From: Minisyncoccota bacterium
GTDB taxonomy: Bacteria > Patescibacteriota > Minisyncoccia > Phycocordibacterales > GCA-2747955
NCBI GenBank assembly: GCA_020628915.1
Contig: JAHDEI010000003.1
Coordinates: forward strand, 1,859-65,858
DNA: 64,000 bases
Reading direction: 5' to 3'
The position numbers and the translations under genes are program-made. Shown piece after piece: positions 8,322 to 17,422 of this stretch; the stretch's first letter is position 1, and each line of letters starts with the position of its first letter. Under the pieces are notes generated by a model. The model was not told the DNA's origin. It saw only the letters and a program-made list of their open reading frames with translations, and did not search any database.

Positions 8322-9650
8322 ATGAATATGCCATCGAGAAAAACGATTACGGCTTCTATTTTTATTGGATTTGTTCTTTTGTTTTTGGGAGCATTGGGTT
8401 GGTACTTTGGGGCACCCTTTTTTGATAATAATTCTAGCTCTGAATTTTCTGAAGAAGGTGAATCCCGAGGGTTTACTTTTTTTCCATTTGGGCGTGGCAG
8501 TGGCGATGTGCAACCAACGTTTCCGGTAACGGACCCAAATGAAAGTACAAATACAGGAGGTGACGTTTTGCCTAGTGGAGAGCAACCACAAATTCCAGTT
8601 GATCGTTTTCGAAACATTTCTTCTGAACCAACCGCCGGTGCATTTATTTTTAGAAGACAGGTTGGAGGTAATTCGGTATTTGATACAGGACGAACTATCG
8701 AAACTGCTATCCGGTATGTATTAGTTGAGTCAGGCCACGTATATGAAGCCGAGGAAGATACACAGATCGTAAAACGTATTTCGAATACAACTATCCCTAG
8801 AATTTCAGAAGCACATTTTGCTGATTTTGACTCAATCATTGTCCGGTATCTTGATCCAACCACTGATGTCGTAAGAACATTCTCAGGGTCATTAGTCTCT
8901 CGAGAAGAAGTAGAGGGAGAAGACGAAGGAGAACTGCAAAAACTTTCAGGAGTATTTTTGCCTGAAGATATTCAAGACATTAGTATTAATAAGTCAGGGG
9001 AAGTTTTATACACCCAAAAAACAGGTGCAGGTTCTGTTGCAATTGTTACAGACTTGAGCGGGCAAGAGAAGAAACAAATTTTTTCTTCTCCTTTGTCCGA
9101 ATGGAAACCTGATTGGTCCAGGCGTGACAATACTATTTCTTTAACACAGTACCCTTCTTACGTTTCTCACGGAGCGACTCAGTTGCTTAACAGAAGCACT
9201 GAGGTTGTTACTCCATTTATTTCGGGTAGACGAGGACTTGAGACTCTATTGTCTCCAGACGGGACTCAAGCCCTTGTTTCATTTAGGTCTAATGATGGGT
9301 TGTCGCTATTTGTCCGCAATCAAGACGGGCGGTTTATTGATACAGGCCTTAACACGTATGCACAAAAATGTGTGTGGTCGTCTGATAATGTTTTGGCTTA
9401 TTGTGCGGTTCCAAACAATTCAATTTCTAGCGAAGCCCCAGACCTGTGGTATCAGGGAGTAGAAACATATTCAGATGATGTCTGGCGTGTTCAGGCAACC
9501 GATGGTTCTACCAGAGAAGTATTCTCGCCATTTTCTGAAGCAAACGTAACATTGGATATATTTGATATTAAATTATCTGCTGATGAACGATATCTTTATT
9601 TTAGAGACAAGCAAAATTTATACCTGTGGTCGTATCTCTTGGAACTGTAA
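8322..9650 (+). CDS. Membrane-anchored periplasmic protein with a beta-propeller-like region (TolB/PD40-like). Function unknown.
   Basis: N-terminal TM helix, then repeated motifs such as LLSPDGTQALVSFRSNDGLSLFVRNQDGR. Start taken at the ATG at 8322, just after a TATAAT at 8309-8314. The track start 8283 lies upstream of that -10 element. Confidence 0.45.
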   Translation: MNMPSRKTITASIFIGFVLLFLGALGWYFGAPFFDNNSSSEFSEEGESRGFTFFPFGRGSGDVQPTFPVTDPNESTNTGGDVLPSGEQPQIPVDRFRNISSEPTAGAFIFRRQVGGNSVFDTGRTIETAIRYVLVESGHVYEAEEDTQIVKRISNTTIPRISEAHFADFDSIIVRYLDPTTDVVRTFSGSLVSREEVEGEDEGELQKLSGVFLPEDIQDISINKSGEVLYTQKTGAGSVAIVTDLSGQEKKQIFSSPLSEWKPDWSRRDNTISLTQYPSYVSHGATQLLNRSTEVVTPFISGRRGLETLLSPDGTQALVSFRSNDGLSLFVRNQDGRFIDTGLNTYAQKCVWSSDNVLAYCAVPNNSISSEAPDLWYQGVETYSDDVWRVQATDGSTREVFSPFSEANVTLDIFDIKLSADERYLYFRDKQNLYLWSYLLEL

Positions 9651-9679
9651 TTCACAGGATACTCACAGATTTAGCAAAA

Positions 9680-9715
9680 CAGCGGGGATAACCATCGGTT
9701 ATCCCCGCTGTTTTT
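9680..9715 (+). terminator. Rho-independent terminator.
   Basis: 13-bp stem cagcggggataac-catcg-gttatccccgctg followed by ttttt. Confidence 0.8.
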
Positions 9716-9815
9716 CAATGTAGTATTTGGTTTTTCTGGACAATATGTGGATTCCACAAATTATGCACAGTTTATTAGATATTTTTACCCACAATATTCG
9801 TGCTAACCTAAGGTT

Positions 9816-10058
9816 ATGAATATAAAAAAGGTAGTTTATCTTGCCGCAACAATTGTTTTCTTGGGGGTTCTCACTTTGTTGTTTGCAGGCCTTGCAGAAA
9901 TGTTTGTTTCAAAAGAGCTAGCAGAGTGTCTCAAGTTTGTGACCCCAGTTGTGATTGGGGGAATTGGTCTAGGTTCGCTTTGGTGGAACTGGTTGTATGA
10001 CAAAGACGGCAACCTTACATGTGACGGACTTTTTAAGAAAATGAGGAAAGAAAAATAA
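9816..10058 (+). CDS. Small membrane protein (80 aa), hypothetical.
   Basis: Two TM helices. A bidirectional terminator (aaaactcc-ttgt-ggagtttttt) follows at 10059-10087. Confidence 0.4.
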   Translation: MNIKKVVYLAATIVFLGVLTLLFAGLAEMFVSKELAECLKFVTPVVIGGIGLGSLWWNWLYDKDGNLTCDGLFKKMRKEK

Positions 10059-10077
10059 AAACTCCTTGTGGAGTTTT

Positions 10078-10722
10078 TTATTTTAAAACAAGATCTCGGA
10101 ACTCTTCATGATTAGTTACGACATAATCAGGTTTGTGACTCAGCACTTCTTCAAAATCATGAGTCAATTCGTTTTGAGGAGGGGTAAATGCACATGTTGC
10201 GATACCGGCTGCCTTCCCACCCAGAATGTCCGCGCGAGAATCACCAATAATGATAGCGCTTTCTTTTTCGAATCCAGCCAAGTCAATGACTTTTAAGATT
10301 GGTTCTGGATGAGGCTTGTGGTGTGTGATGTCATCTCCGGTAACTATTGTATGAAAGTATTTTTTTAAACCTGTCGAATGCAAACCATTTTCTAGCGCGT
10401 GCCTCGAACTTGATGTTACCAGAGCAATCGAGACACCTTCATTCAAGAGGGATTCGATCATGTCAGCTGACCCTGGGTAAGGTTTGGTCTCTTTGCTGTG
10501 TTCTTCAACATACGAAAAGAGGTTCTTCACAATATCTTCGAAATCTATTTCCGGGTACTTTAATTTTGCCTTATGGTGCTCGTAGAAAAAATCTGCGACG
10601 ATCGTTTCGTCGTCTAGGTCGTATCCAATTTTTGAAAGCTCTTGACGCCAGCCACGCAACCAAATATCAATAGTCATGCTTAGTGTTCCATCCCAATCAA
10701 ATAGCACATGTTTGTATTTCAT
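10078..10722 (-). CDS. HAD-superfamily hydrolase (phosphoglycolate phosphatase / beta-phosphoglucomutase-like).
   Basis: HAD motif I MKYKHVLFDWDGTL, motif II LVTSS, and the C-terminal GDSRADILGGKAAG motif. Confidence 0.75.
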   Translation of the reverse strand: MKYKHVLFDWDGTLSMTIDIWLRGWRQELSKIGYDLDDETIVADFFYEHHKAKLKYPEIDFEDIVKNLFSYVEEHSKETKPYPGSADMIESLLNEGVSIALVTSSSRHALENGLHSTGLKKYFHTIVTGDDITHHKPHPEPILKVIDLAGFEKESAIIIGDSRADILGGKAAGIATCAFTPPQNELTHDFEEVLSHKPDYVVTNHEEFRDLVLK

Positions 10723-10741
10723 AGACGTGAATTATATCAAC

Positions 10742-10773
10742 AAACACAAAAGCCTCTAGGAGGCTTTTGTGTT
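10742..10773 (-). terminator. Terminator hairpin downstream of tRNA-Gly (minus strand).
   Basis: caaacacaaaagcctc-tagg-aggcttttgtgtt. The stem has A/T-rich flanks. Confidence 0.6.
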
Positions 10774-10778
10774 ATGTG

Positions 10779-10849
10779 TGCGGGTGGGGAGAATCGAACT
10801 CCCGTCCTCTGCTTGGAAGGCAGATATTCTACCACTAAACTACACCCGC
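10779..10849 (-). tRNA. tRNA-Gly (anticodon TCC). The 3-prime CCA is not encoded.
   Basis: Reverse complement reads GCGGGTGTAGTTTAGTGGTAGAATATCTGCCTTCCAAGCAGAGGACGGGAGTTCGATTCTCCCCACCCGCA. It folds as a cloverleaf with an anticodon loop CUUCCAA and a T-arm GTTCGATTC. Confidence 0.85.
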
Positions 10850-10974
10850 AAGTAGAATAGCTGAGAGTATAGCAAAAATATATAAAAAGCAAAACATACA
10901 ACTAAATACTTTACTTTTTGTTATTTATATGTATAATATTTTCTAGATTGTTTACATTTACAGAGGAAAGAAGA

Positions 10975-12099
10975 ATGAAGAATCTTACTATAGCTTCAAA
11001 ATCAGAAAGCAAGAGTATCATCAATAACGATGGAATTCTTGTTGGCGAGATTATTCTCGATTATCGAGCACAAACCAAAACAGTGCTTGTGTGCGGCCCT
11101 GCTTCGACCGAAGAGCGATTAGCAATCTTGCGATTAGCGACCTCACATGCTTGTCAGTATTTAGTGGATCGTCAAACCTTTGCGTTTGGGGGTCTTATTA
11201 CTGTTAATCATGCAGATCGGTCTTTAACCCGTGCAGATTCAGAGCGTCTGATGGACTTCGCAAGAATTCCACCTCAGATTGCTTCTGCAAGCGAGGAAGT
11301 GCTCATCCAGCAGCTTTCTGAATTTTCGATTAAGGTATTGGATTTAGTGCATGAGTCATTTGTTGACGCAATGAATGAGATTTTTATATCTCAGCCTGGT
11401 TGTCAATGGGAGCTTCTTAATAAAGGAACCTGGCGAAATGATTTAGTGCATGTGAAATTAACTGCTCCTAAATCTCAAAAGTTTACATTTTGGACCGCTG
11501 CTGATAAGCCACGACCCGAAGGAGCGTTTGACCTGCATCTTGTTCCAGATTATCATCCAGTGATGAAGGACAAAGAAAGTTCGCATATGATTAATGGAGC
11601 CACTAATGCTCTCATTAGGTCAGATGTGATCGACTCAGTCTATGCCCCTGATGATTCAAGAACATCAGATGAATCTTTTGGCACGACCTGGAATCATGTT
11701 GAACATCCTTTTTATGCAACTGGAAAAACTTTTGAACTAACGGTTGATACGAGCCATGCTCGGACACAGTCAGGGATAGAAGAGCTTCAAATATTTCTGG
11801 CTTCAGTGTTAGGCGGAGATTCCTATGTTTGTGTTTCTGGCGGTTTCCGTGCTCCTATGAAGTGTGCACATAATCGTTTGTTAGAGATAGGTCGCCTTAA
11901 TGATTCACCTTGGCCGCAGGCCTCTCGTGATCATCGCAAAGGGCATGTTGCACGCGGCTCTGAAGAAAAGTGTGTCTGGGAATACCGCACCTTACAAGAA
12001 GAAGGAGCCCTTGATAAAGCCTATGTTCCAGATTGGTTTTTAAAAGAGGACTGGCTTGGAATATACGAAACCGCAGAAGTTCAACCTGGACTTTTTTAG
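10975..12099 (+). CDS. Hypothetical protein (375 aa).
   Basis: A TATAAT -10 element at 10932-10937 and an AGGAAAGAAG ribosome-binding site before the ATG at 10975. The track start 10918 is upstream of the promoter. No motif I recognise. Confidence 0.5.
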   Translation: MKNLTIASKSESKSIINNDGILVGEIILDYRAQTKTVLVCGPASTEERLAILRLATSHACQYLVDRQTFAFGGLITVNHADRSLTRADSERLMDFARIPPQIASASEEVLIQQLSEFSIKVLDLVHESFVDAMNEIFISQPGCQWELLNKGTWRNDLVHVKLTAPKSQKFTFWTAADKPRPEGAFDLHLVPDYHPVMKDKESSHMINGATNALIRSDVIDSVYAPDDSRTSDESFGTTWNHVEHPFYATGKTFELTVDTSHARTQSGIEELQIFLASVLGGDSYVCVSGGFRAPMKCAHNRLLEIGRLNDSPWPQASRDHRKGHVARGSEEKCVWEYRTLQEEGALDKAYVPDWFLKEDWLGIYETAEVQPGLF

Positions 12100-12106
12100 C
12101 GTATTT

Positions 12107-12141
12107 AGCTCGACATGCAACTTGTGTGTCGAGCTTTTTTG
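12107..12141 (+). terminator. Rho-independent terminator.
   Basis: agctcgaca-tgcaacttgtg-tgtcgagct-ttttt. Confidence 0.6.
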
Positions 12142-12155
12142 TTACAATCACAATC

Positions 12156-12959
12156 ATGAAAAAGAAAGCAGCATTGGTTTTGTCTGGCGGAGTCTCACTC
12201 GGGCTAGCACATTTAGGGGTAGTAAAAGTTTTGCAAGATGCAGAATATGAATTTGATGCCATTTACGGTGTGTCCGCTGGGTCAATCGTTGGGGCGGGTA
12301 TCGCCGCTGGAATGAATACAGATGAGATCTATGATGCGTATATTAATGCAGACTTTGTCGGATTTGGAAAAGACGTCTCAAAGATGAACACCGGACTGTT
12401 GCGAGGCGAGAGAATCAGAAACTATTTTAATGAAGTCTTTGAAAATAAAACTATTGACCAGTTACAGGTACGCTTTGTTGCAGGGGCAACGGATTTTGAC
12501 CGAGGAGAATTTATCACAATTGAAAAAGGGTTGGTGGGGGATGCACTGCGATGTTCCAGTGGACTACCCATGATCTTTGAGCCTTTTTTTCATCCTGAAT
12601 ACAACAAATATCTTGCAGACGGCGGGCTTACACAAAATCTACCTCTCAAGCAGGCTGTAGTAGAATACAAAGGAGACACCATTATCGCCGTGAATGTACA
12701 TTCACTGGACCCTCTGCCAAAAGATTTTCATAAAAAGAAATTATGGGGACTCAAAAAAGACGTAGTGAAATATCTTCTTCATTCTTTTAACATCATGATG
12801 AATAGCCAGTGGATTGATATCACTGATCCACGCGTCCAATTAATTGAGCCAGATTTGTCTCAATTTAATTTTTTGGCAATCAGAGAAAAAACCATGAAAG
12901 AAATTATTGAAAAAGGAGAAAAGTCTGCACTTGAACACTTAGCTAAATTAGAAAATTAA
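12156..12959 (+). CDS. Patatin-like phospholipase.
   Basis: Oxyanion GGVSLGLAHLGVVKVL and the serine lipase motif GVSAGSIVGA (GxSxG), with a later DGG catalytic Asp motif (LADGGLTQN). The track ORF 12033.. is an upstream extension overlapping the terminator. Confidence 0.75.
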   Translation: MKKKAALVLSGGVSLGLAHLGVVKVLQDAEYEFDAIYGVSAGSIVGAGIAAGMNTDEIYDAYINADFVGFGKDVSKMNTGLLRGERIRNYFNEVFENKTIDQLQVRFVAGATDFDRGEFITIEKGLVGDALRCSSGLPMIFEPFFHPEYNKYLADGGLTQNLPLKQAVVEYKGDTIIAVNVHSLDPLPKDFHKKKLWGLKKDVVKYLLHSFNIMMNSQWIDITDPRVQLIEPDLSQFNFLAIREKTMKEIIEKGEKSALEHLAKLEN

Positions 12960-13019
12960 TTTGACTGTATATCAAATATATAGTATTTTAAAAGCACATC
13001 AATTTTAGGGAGAAACGAT

Positions 13020-13463
13020 ATGAAAAAATTGATCCTTGCTCTTTTTGCAGCCACAGCATTAGCGGGATGTGATACTTACATGCTGCAAGGAGATTATGAA
13101 TGTGATAATTCCGTCGTGACCGGTCAGGTTGTAAATACAATCAACCAAAACTTAAAGAAAATTAACCAAGAGAAAAAGGCATTTTATCTTGAGCGTTCAC
13201 CAGGTCAGGTTGTCTACATCGAAACAGAAGACAGCGAACTGACTGAGTTGAATGATTCATACTACTTTACTACAGTAAAAGTTTGTGAAGCAATTGGCGA
13301 TTGTGCACCTAACCAAAACCTGGACGCATGCGTCTTCATTGAATCAGAGCTGCAGGGTTACACGCCGCGCTTCTGGACAGATTACGACGATGGGGTTGTG
13401 TCTGCGATGAGACAATTTATGACGAAAGATATTCGGTATCTTGTGCCAAAGCACAATTATTGA
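13020..13463 (+). CDS. Lipoprotein, hypothetical.
   Basis: Signal peptide with a lipobox, MKKLILALFAATALAGC. A terminator-like hairpin follows at 13473-13500. Confidence 0.55.
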   Translation: MKKLILALFAATALAGCDTYMLQGDYECDNSVVTGQVVNTINQNLKKINQEKKAFYLERSPGQVVYIETEDSELTELNDSYYFTTVKVCEAIGDCAPNQNLDACVFIESELQGYTPRFWTDYDDGVVSAMRQFMTKDIRYLVPKHNY

Positions 13464-13513
13464 AAAACAATAAAGCATTCGAATTAGAGTGCTTTTTATT
13501 TATAAAATGAATT

Positions 13514-13541
13514 TGACTTATTAACAAATAAATTGTAAATT
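13514..13541 (+). promoter_or_regulatory. Promoter that carries a conserved spacer motif (TTGACTtATTAACAAATAAAT) also found at 15525.
   Basis: TTGACT at 13514-13519, a 16-nt spacer containing ATTAACAAATAAAT, then TAAATT as the -10 element. Confidence 0.45.
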
Positions 13542-13570
13542 TATCTTTAGAAATTTTAGAGGAGAAAAAC

Positions 13571-15460
13571 ATGATTATTCCTATTACACAGGAAGATCTT
13601 AGTGTGCATCTTGAAAAAGCACAAAAGCTTATCAGCGACACCCGGTTTAACGGAGTGACTCTGGAAGATGTACTTGGTTCTTTGACAGACAATCAACCTT
13701 TTAATTCAGTTCCTGATCAAAGACTAATCCAGTCGGTATTACGAGGAGCACAAATTGCCCTTGAGGTGGCGCGACGCTATCATGCCGAGTCAGGTCTAGA
13801 TGAATTACATACAAGACCGAAACGAACGAGCACAATAAGGCAAGAATATTCACAAAAACTCAAGACTTCATCATCGATTTCTGGATTTGTATTTTCAAGT
13901 TACATTTTGGCGACTCTAGCAGAGCATGTTGACCATACTACTGCTGGTGAGATCAAATTAGACATCAGTGATTTGCCTTCGGGGGGCCCTTTTGAGACTC
14001 TTGTTGGTCTCATGACAGTCCTTGGTCAGGCGGTAAAATCGCTCTCACACGACGATCGTAAACCAACAGAAATTGCATATGCCTATTTCCGTCAGGTGGC
14101 AGAGTTGATCAAAGACTCTCACGAGGATCTGAAATATACTCGACCATTTGTTGATCATACATTTCAGTATGAAGAATCAGATTTTACGATCAATGGTTTT
14201 ACTGTCGATACCGTGATGTTGCGACCAAAGGTTTCTTTCAGACGTTTCGACATGGACAAGATCGTCAGTAATCGTCGTGCAAAAAACCAAACGGTGCGAA
14301 CGATTGATCACATGCTTTGCTACGATTTTCAGACCGGGAAAAATCCAGTCTTGGAATTGGGCGGCTTTGCTAGTCTCAGTATCATGGAATCAGAGCCGGG
14401 TTCTGGCAAGACATTGCTAGAGCGAGCAGGCAACACCATGTTTGTAGACAAAGCATCAGCTGTAGGTGTTCCACATCAAGTGGTTGCATTTACTGCGGAA
14501 GAAATTCTGAGCTCATATCAAGCAAAGTCTGGCGAACAAATGCGGGCGAGATTTGATCTTATTAATAATGCGCAACTTTTGACCCGGGCAACGATGGACG
14601 ATGCTGATCAGTTAGTTCTGGATCGTGGTTCCAGCGAAAGTAGTGAGGCAACACAAGGGGCAGTCAGCGTAGCGCTGACTCAACTAGACGGTGTCTTTTC
14701 TCAAAGAAATGGGAACTGGACACTCACCCTTTTGACGAACTTATTGCACCGTATTGATCCAGCAATAGTGTCTCGTGCAGACAATATTGTTTCAATGCCG
14801 GGCCCTGAGACCAAAGAAGACATGATGGATTTGGCAAAAATCTTGATTGGTGACGATTTTGTTGATTCAGGCATTGCTGATCCTGAGGGGTACGAATACT
14901 TTGCTACGCAAAAAATTCAAAGCCTTTCGGGCGGCAAGGATACGTACGCCAAACCAAAACATCCAGTGATTCTCGAGGCCTTTGAGGAAGCTTTGAGGTT
15001 ATCCGGATTTGGTCCAGACGAACTCATTACATTTATTGGCAACTGGTTTGTTGCAATTAAAGAGAGGCATTCGTCATTTCAAGGCCGAAATATCCAAAAG
15101 ATATTTGGTTCTGCCAAACGTCGTACAATGGATTTTGATTTCCCATCCGATCTATTTTCTGACCGAAAGCATTTTATTGATTACGGTTATGACAAGCGTC
15201 TGGCAATGATCAAAGAGTGGCGGAAAGAAAACATGAAAGGACAAAGCTATACGGAAATTATCATTGAAGAAGCTTGTCATCATCTCGACACCATGATGAA
15301 CATTAGTGAAAATCAATTCAGTAAGGACGTCGAAGAGGCTACGTATCGTATGCGCGTTAATGAACAGGCTCAGAGAAATAGTTTTTCGGATGATGAATTG
15401 AAAGAAACGTACGAATTTCTTAAAGAAAAGTTCGAGAAAGATGAGCACGCTCCAGCGTGA
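13571..15460 (+). CDS. AAA+ family ATPase domain protein (629 aa), with unknown N- and C-terminal regions.
   Basis: Walker A ESEPGSGKT, Walker B-like DDADQLVLD, and a sensor region LTNLLHRIDPAIVSRAD that resembles the classical AAA motif TNRPD.LDPAL.RPGRFD. A GGAG ribosome-binding site is present. Confidence 0.55.
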   Translation: MIIPITQEDLSVHLEKAQKLISDTRFNGVTLEDVLGSLTDNQPFNSVPDQRLIQSVLRGAQIALEVARRYHAESGLDELHTRPKRTSTIRQEYSQKLKTSSSISGFVFSSYILATLAEHVDHTTAGEIKLDISDLPSGGPFETLVGLMTVLGQAVKSLSHDDRKPTEIAYAYFRQVAELIKDSHEDLKYTRPFVDHTFQYEESDFTINGFTVDTVMLRPKVSFRRFDMDKIVSNRRAKNQTVRTIDHMLCYDFQTGKNPVLELGGFASLSIMESEPGSGKTLLERAGNTMFVDKASAVGVPHQVVAFTAEEILSSYQAKSGEQMRARFDLINNAQLLTRATMDDADQLVLDRGSSESSEATQGAVSVALTQLDGVFSQRNGNWTLTLLTNLLHRIDPAIVSRADNIVSMPGPETKEDMMDLAKILIGDDFVDSGIADPEGYEYFATQKIQSLSGGKDTYAKPKHPVILEAFEEALRLSGFGPDELITFIGNWFVAIKERHSSFQGRNIQKIFGSAKRRTMDFDFPSDLFSDRKHFIDYGYDKRLAMIKEWRKENMKGQSYTEIIIEEACHHLDTMMNISENQFSKDVEEATYRMRVNEQAQRNSFSDDELKETYEFLKEKFEKDEHAPA

Positions 15461-15473
15461 AGATTGTTTGATT

Positions 15474-15502
15474 TAAACCCCCATTACATGGGGGTTTTTT
15501 CT
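15474..15502 (+). terminator. Rho-independent terminator.
   Basis: aaaccccca-ttaca-tgggggttttttc. Confidence 0.8.
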
Positions 15503-15524
15503 TTAAAATAATTATAAATTAATA

Positions 15525-15553
15525 TTGACTCATTAACAAATAAATGCTATTAT
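15525..15553 (+). promoter_or_regulatory. Promoter of the 9-gene operon. It carries the same spacer motif as the promoter at 13514.
   Basis: TTGACT at 15525-15530, a 17-nt spacer cATTAACAAATAAATgc, then TATTAT at 15548-15553. Confidence 0.5.
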
Positions 15554-15624
15554 TAATTCAATTCGCACGTTTTGTGTGAAGGAACGTTCTTTGACAACAA
15601 AATAGGAGAAGAAAGGAACAAAAA

Positions 15625-17397
15625 ATGAAAAACTCAATTTTCAAAACAGTGGGAGTTGCACTTGCAACACTCACGTGCTTTTTAGCTGTGTCTCCGGCTG
15701 CACACGCAGGTGTGCAAACAGAGACACCAAAACCCTTGTCTGAGCAATCGATGCCGACAACGGGAAACTACAATACCGATAACGTACAGCGCATGCCGGT
15801 TATTGCATGGGGTGCTGATTTGGCAACCATTCATGCTAACGGTGGTGCAACCACAGCGAGTGGATCGTATATGGATCGTGCAGGGCTTGATATAAAGCTC
15901 TATCGCCAAGACGACTTTGCTCAACAGGTTCGGGATTTTAAATCCGGCAAAACAAATTACCTGCGAGGAACCGCCGGTATGATTTTTGCAGCCTCAGATG
16001 TGTTATGTGATGACAACCGGACATGTCCGGAAGTCATTTATAATATGTCACGTTCAGCCGGCGGTGACGCTTTGGTTGTGCGAGGTGGAATAAATAACAT
16101 CTCAGATTTGCGTGGAAAGACTATTGGTCTCCAGCTATACGGTCCCCACCAGAGGCTTCTGACAGAAGTCCTGGCGTTGGGTAATCTCAAGCCAAGTGAT
16201 GTAAATGTTAAATGGTATCGGGATCTTGACGTAAATGGTCAACGCTCAGCAAGTCATGCTTTCGAAGCAGGCGAAGTTGACGCGGCATTCGTGATTATTC
16301 CGGATGCGTTACTGTTCACTGAGGGTGATGCAGCAATTCGTGGAGCAAAAACGGTCTTTTCGACCAAGTCTCTCGACTATATCATTTATGATTTGATTGC
16401 TGTTCGGCCTGATTATGCAAAAGCGCAACCTGAAAAGATCGCCGCGGTTACTTCAGCTCTGCTGAAAGCCAACGAAGATCTTCGAAGTGTCATCTCGAAC
16501 AAAAATAGTTCGGGTTATGACAAGATTGTGCGCGATGGAGCAGACCTGCTTTTAGGAGCCGGTAATGATCCAGAGATGCAGGCAATTGTAGCCGACATGT
16601 ATATGTTTGATGCCAAAATGCAGGGATGGACAGGGAATGTTCGATTCCTTACAGGTGAGTCAGATGGTAAACGCGAGTCAATTTCTCTGCAGTCAATTGC
16701 AGGACCAACTGGCCAAACATTTGCTCAACTGAATTTGGTTGAAAACGCATCTGCGCCTAAGCAGGTAACTGTATACAATCATAACTGGAAAGCATTGCAG
16801 TCGGGTCTTTCTGAGAAGTTTGGTGTTACCGCACCAACACTCAATAAGACTGTGGTTACTCGTGTTATTCAAAATCGTTCTAAGAGCGGCACATTGGATA
16901 ATGACAAAATCGTAGAATTTCCTATCTTTTTTGGAGCTAACCAAACAGAATTTTCGGCAAACCAGTATGCATCTGATTTTGACCGCGTGATGGAACTTGC
17001 CTCTCGAGGCAGTGGTATTGCGATTGTCATGGAGGGTCATTCTGATCCAGTCGAATACTTGCGTAAAAAACACAAAGACGGCGTTGCGCCATCTCAGTAT
17101 AAGCAAATTCAGCAAGCTGCTAAGAATCTTTCTCGGGAGCGTGCAGAATCTGTGAAGCAAGCAATTCTGGACTATGCAAAATCACAGGGTGTTCGGATTT
17201 CATTCGAAGACGCAGTGATTATTGGTCACGGCGTGGCAAAGCCTGTTAATGGCACATGCCAGTGGGACTATAATGGTCGTTCGGTTTCTGATCCGTGTAA
17301 GCCTGAAAACCAAACTATGTTTGAGCAAAATCGTCGAGTCGAGTTTTCACTCGTTGTAGTGGAAGCCGAATCTGACGTATTTATCGATGACTTTTAG
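15625..17397 (+). CDS. Exported protein. It fuses a periplasmic substrate-binding-like domain (NMT1/SsuA/TauA-like) to a C-terminal OmpA/MotB peptidoglycan-binding domain.
   Basis: Signal peptide ending AHA. The middle region resembles SsuA-type binding proteins. The C-terminus (FFGANQTEFSANQYASDFDRVMELASRGSGIAIVMEGHSDPVEY...NRRVEFSLV) matches the OmpA_C pattern. Confidence 0.6.
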   Translation: MKNSIFKTVGVALATLTCFLAVSPAAHAGVQTETPKPLSEQSMPTTGNYNTDNVQRMPVIAWGADLATIHANGGATTASGSYMDRAGLDIKLYRQDDFAQQVRDFKSGKTNYLRGTAGMIFAASDVLCDDNRTCPEVIYNMSRSAGGDALVVRGGINNISDLRGKTIGLQLYGPHQRLLTEVLALGNLKPSDVNVKWYRDLDVNGQRSASHAFEAGEVDAAFVIIPDALLFTEGDAAIRGAKTVFSTKSLDYIIYDLIAVRPDYAKAQPEKIAAVTSALLKANEDLRSVISNKNSSGYDKIVRDGADLLLGAGNDPEMQAIVADMYMFDAKMQGWTGNVRFLTGESDGKRESISLQSIAGPTGQTFAQLNLVENASAPKQVTVYNHNWKALQSGLSEKFGVTAPTLNKTVVTRVIQNRSKSGTLDNDKIVEFPIFFGANQTEFSANQYASDFDRVMELASRGSGIAIVMEGHSDPVEYLRKKHKDGVAPSQYKQIQQAAKNLSRERAESVKQAILDYAKSQGVRISFEDAVIIGHGVAKPVNGTCQWDYNGRSVSDPCKPENQTMFEQNRRVEFSLVVVEAESDVFIDDF

Positions 17398-17422
17398 GTT
17401 AATGGAATTACGGAGAAAAAAC

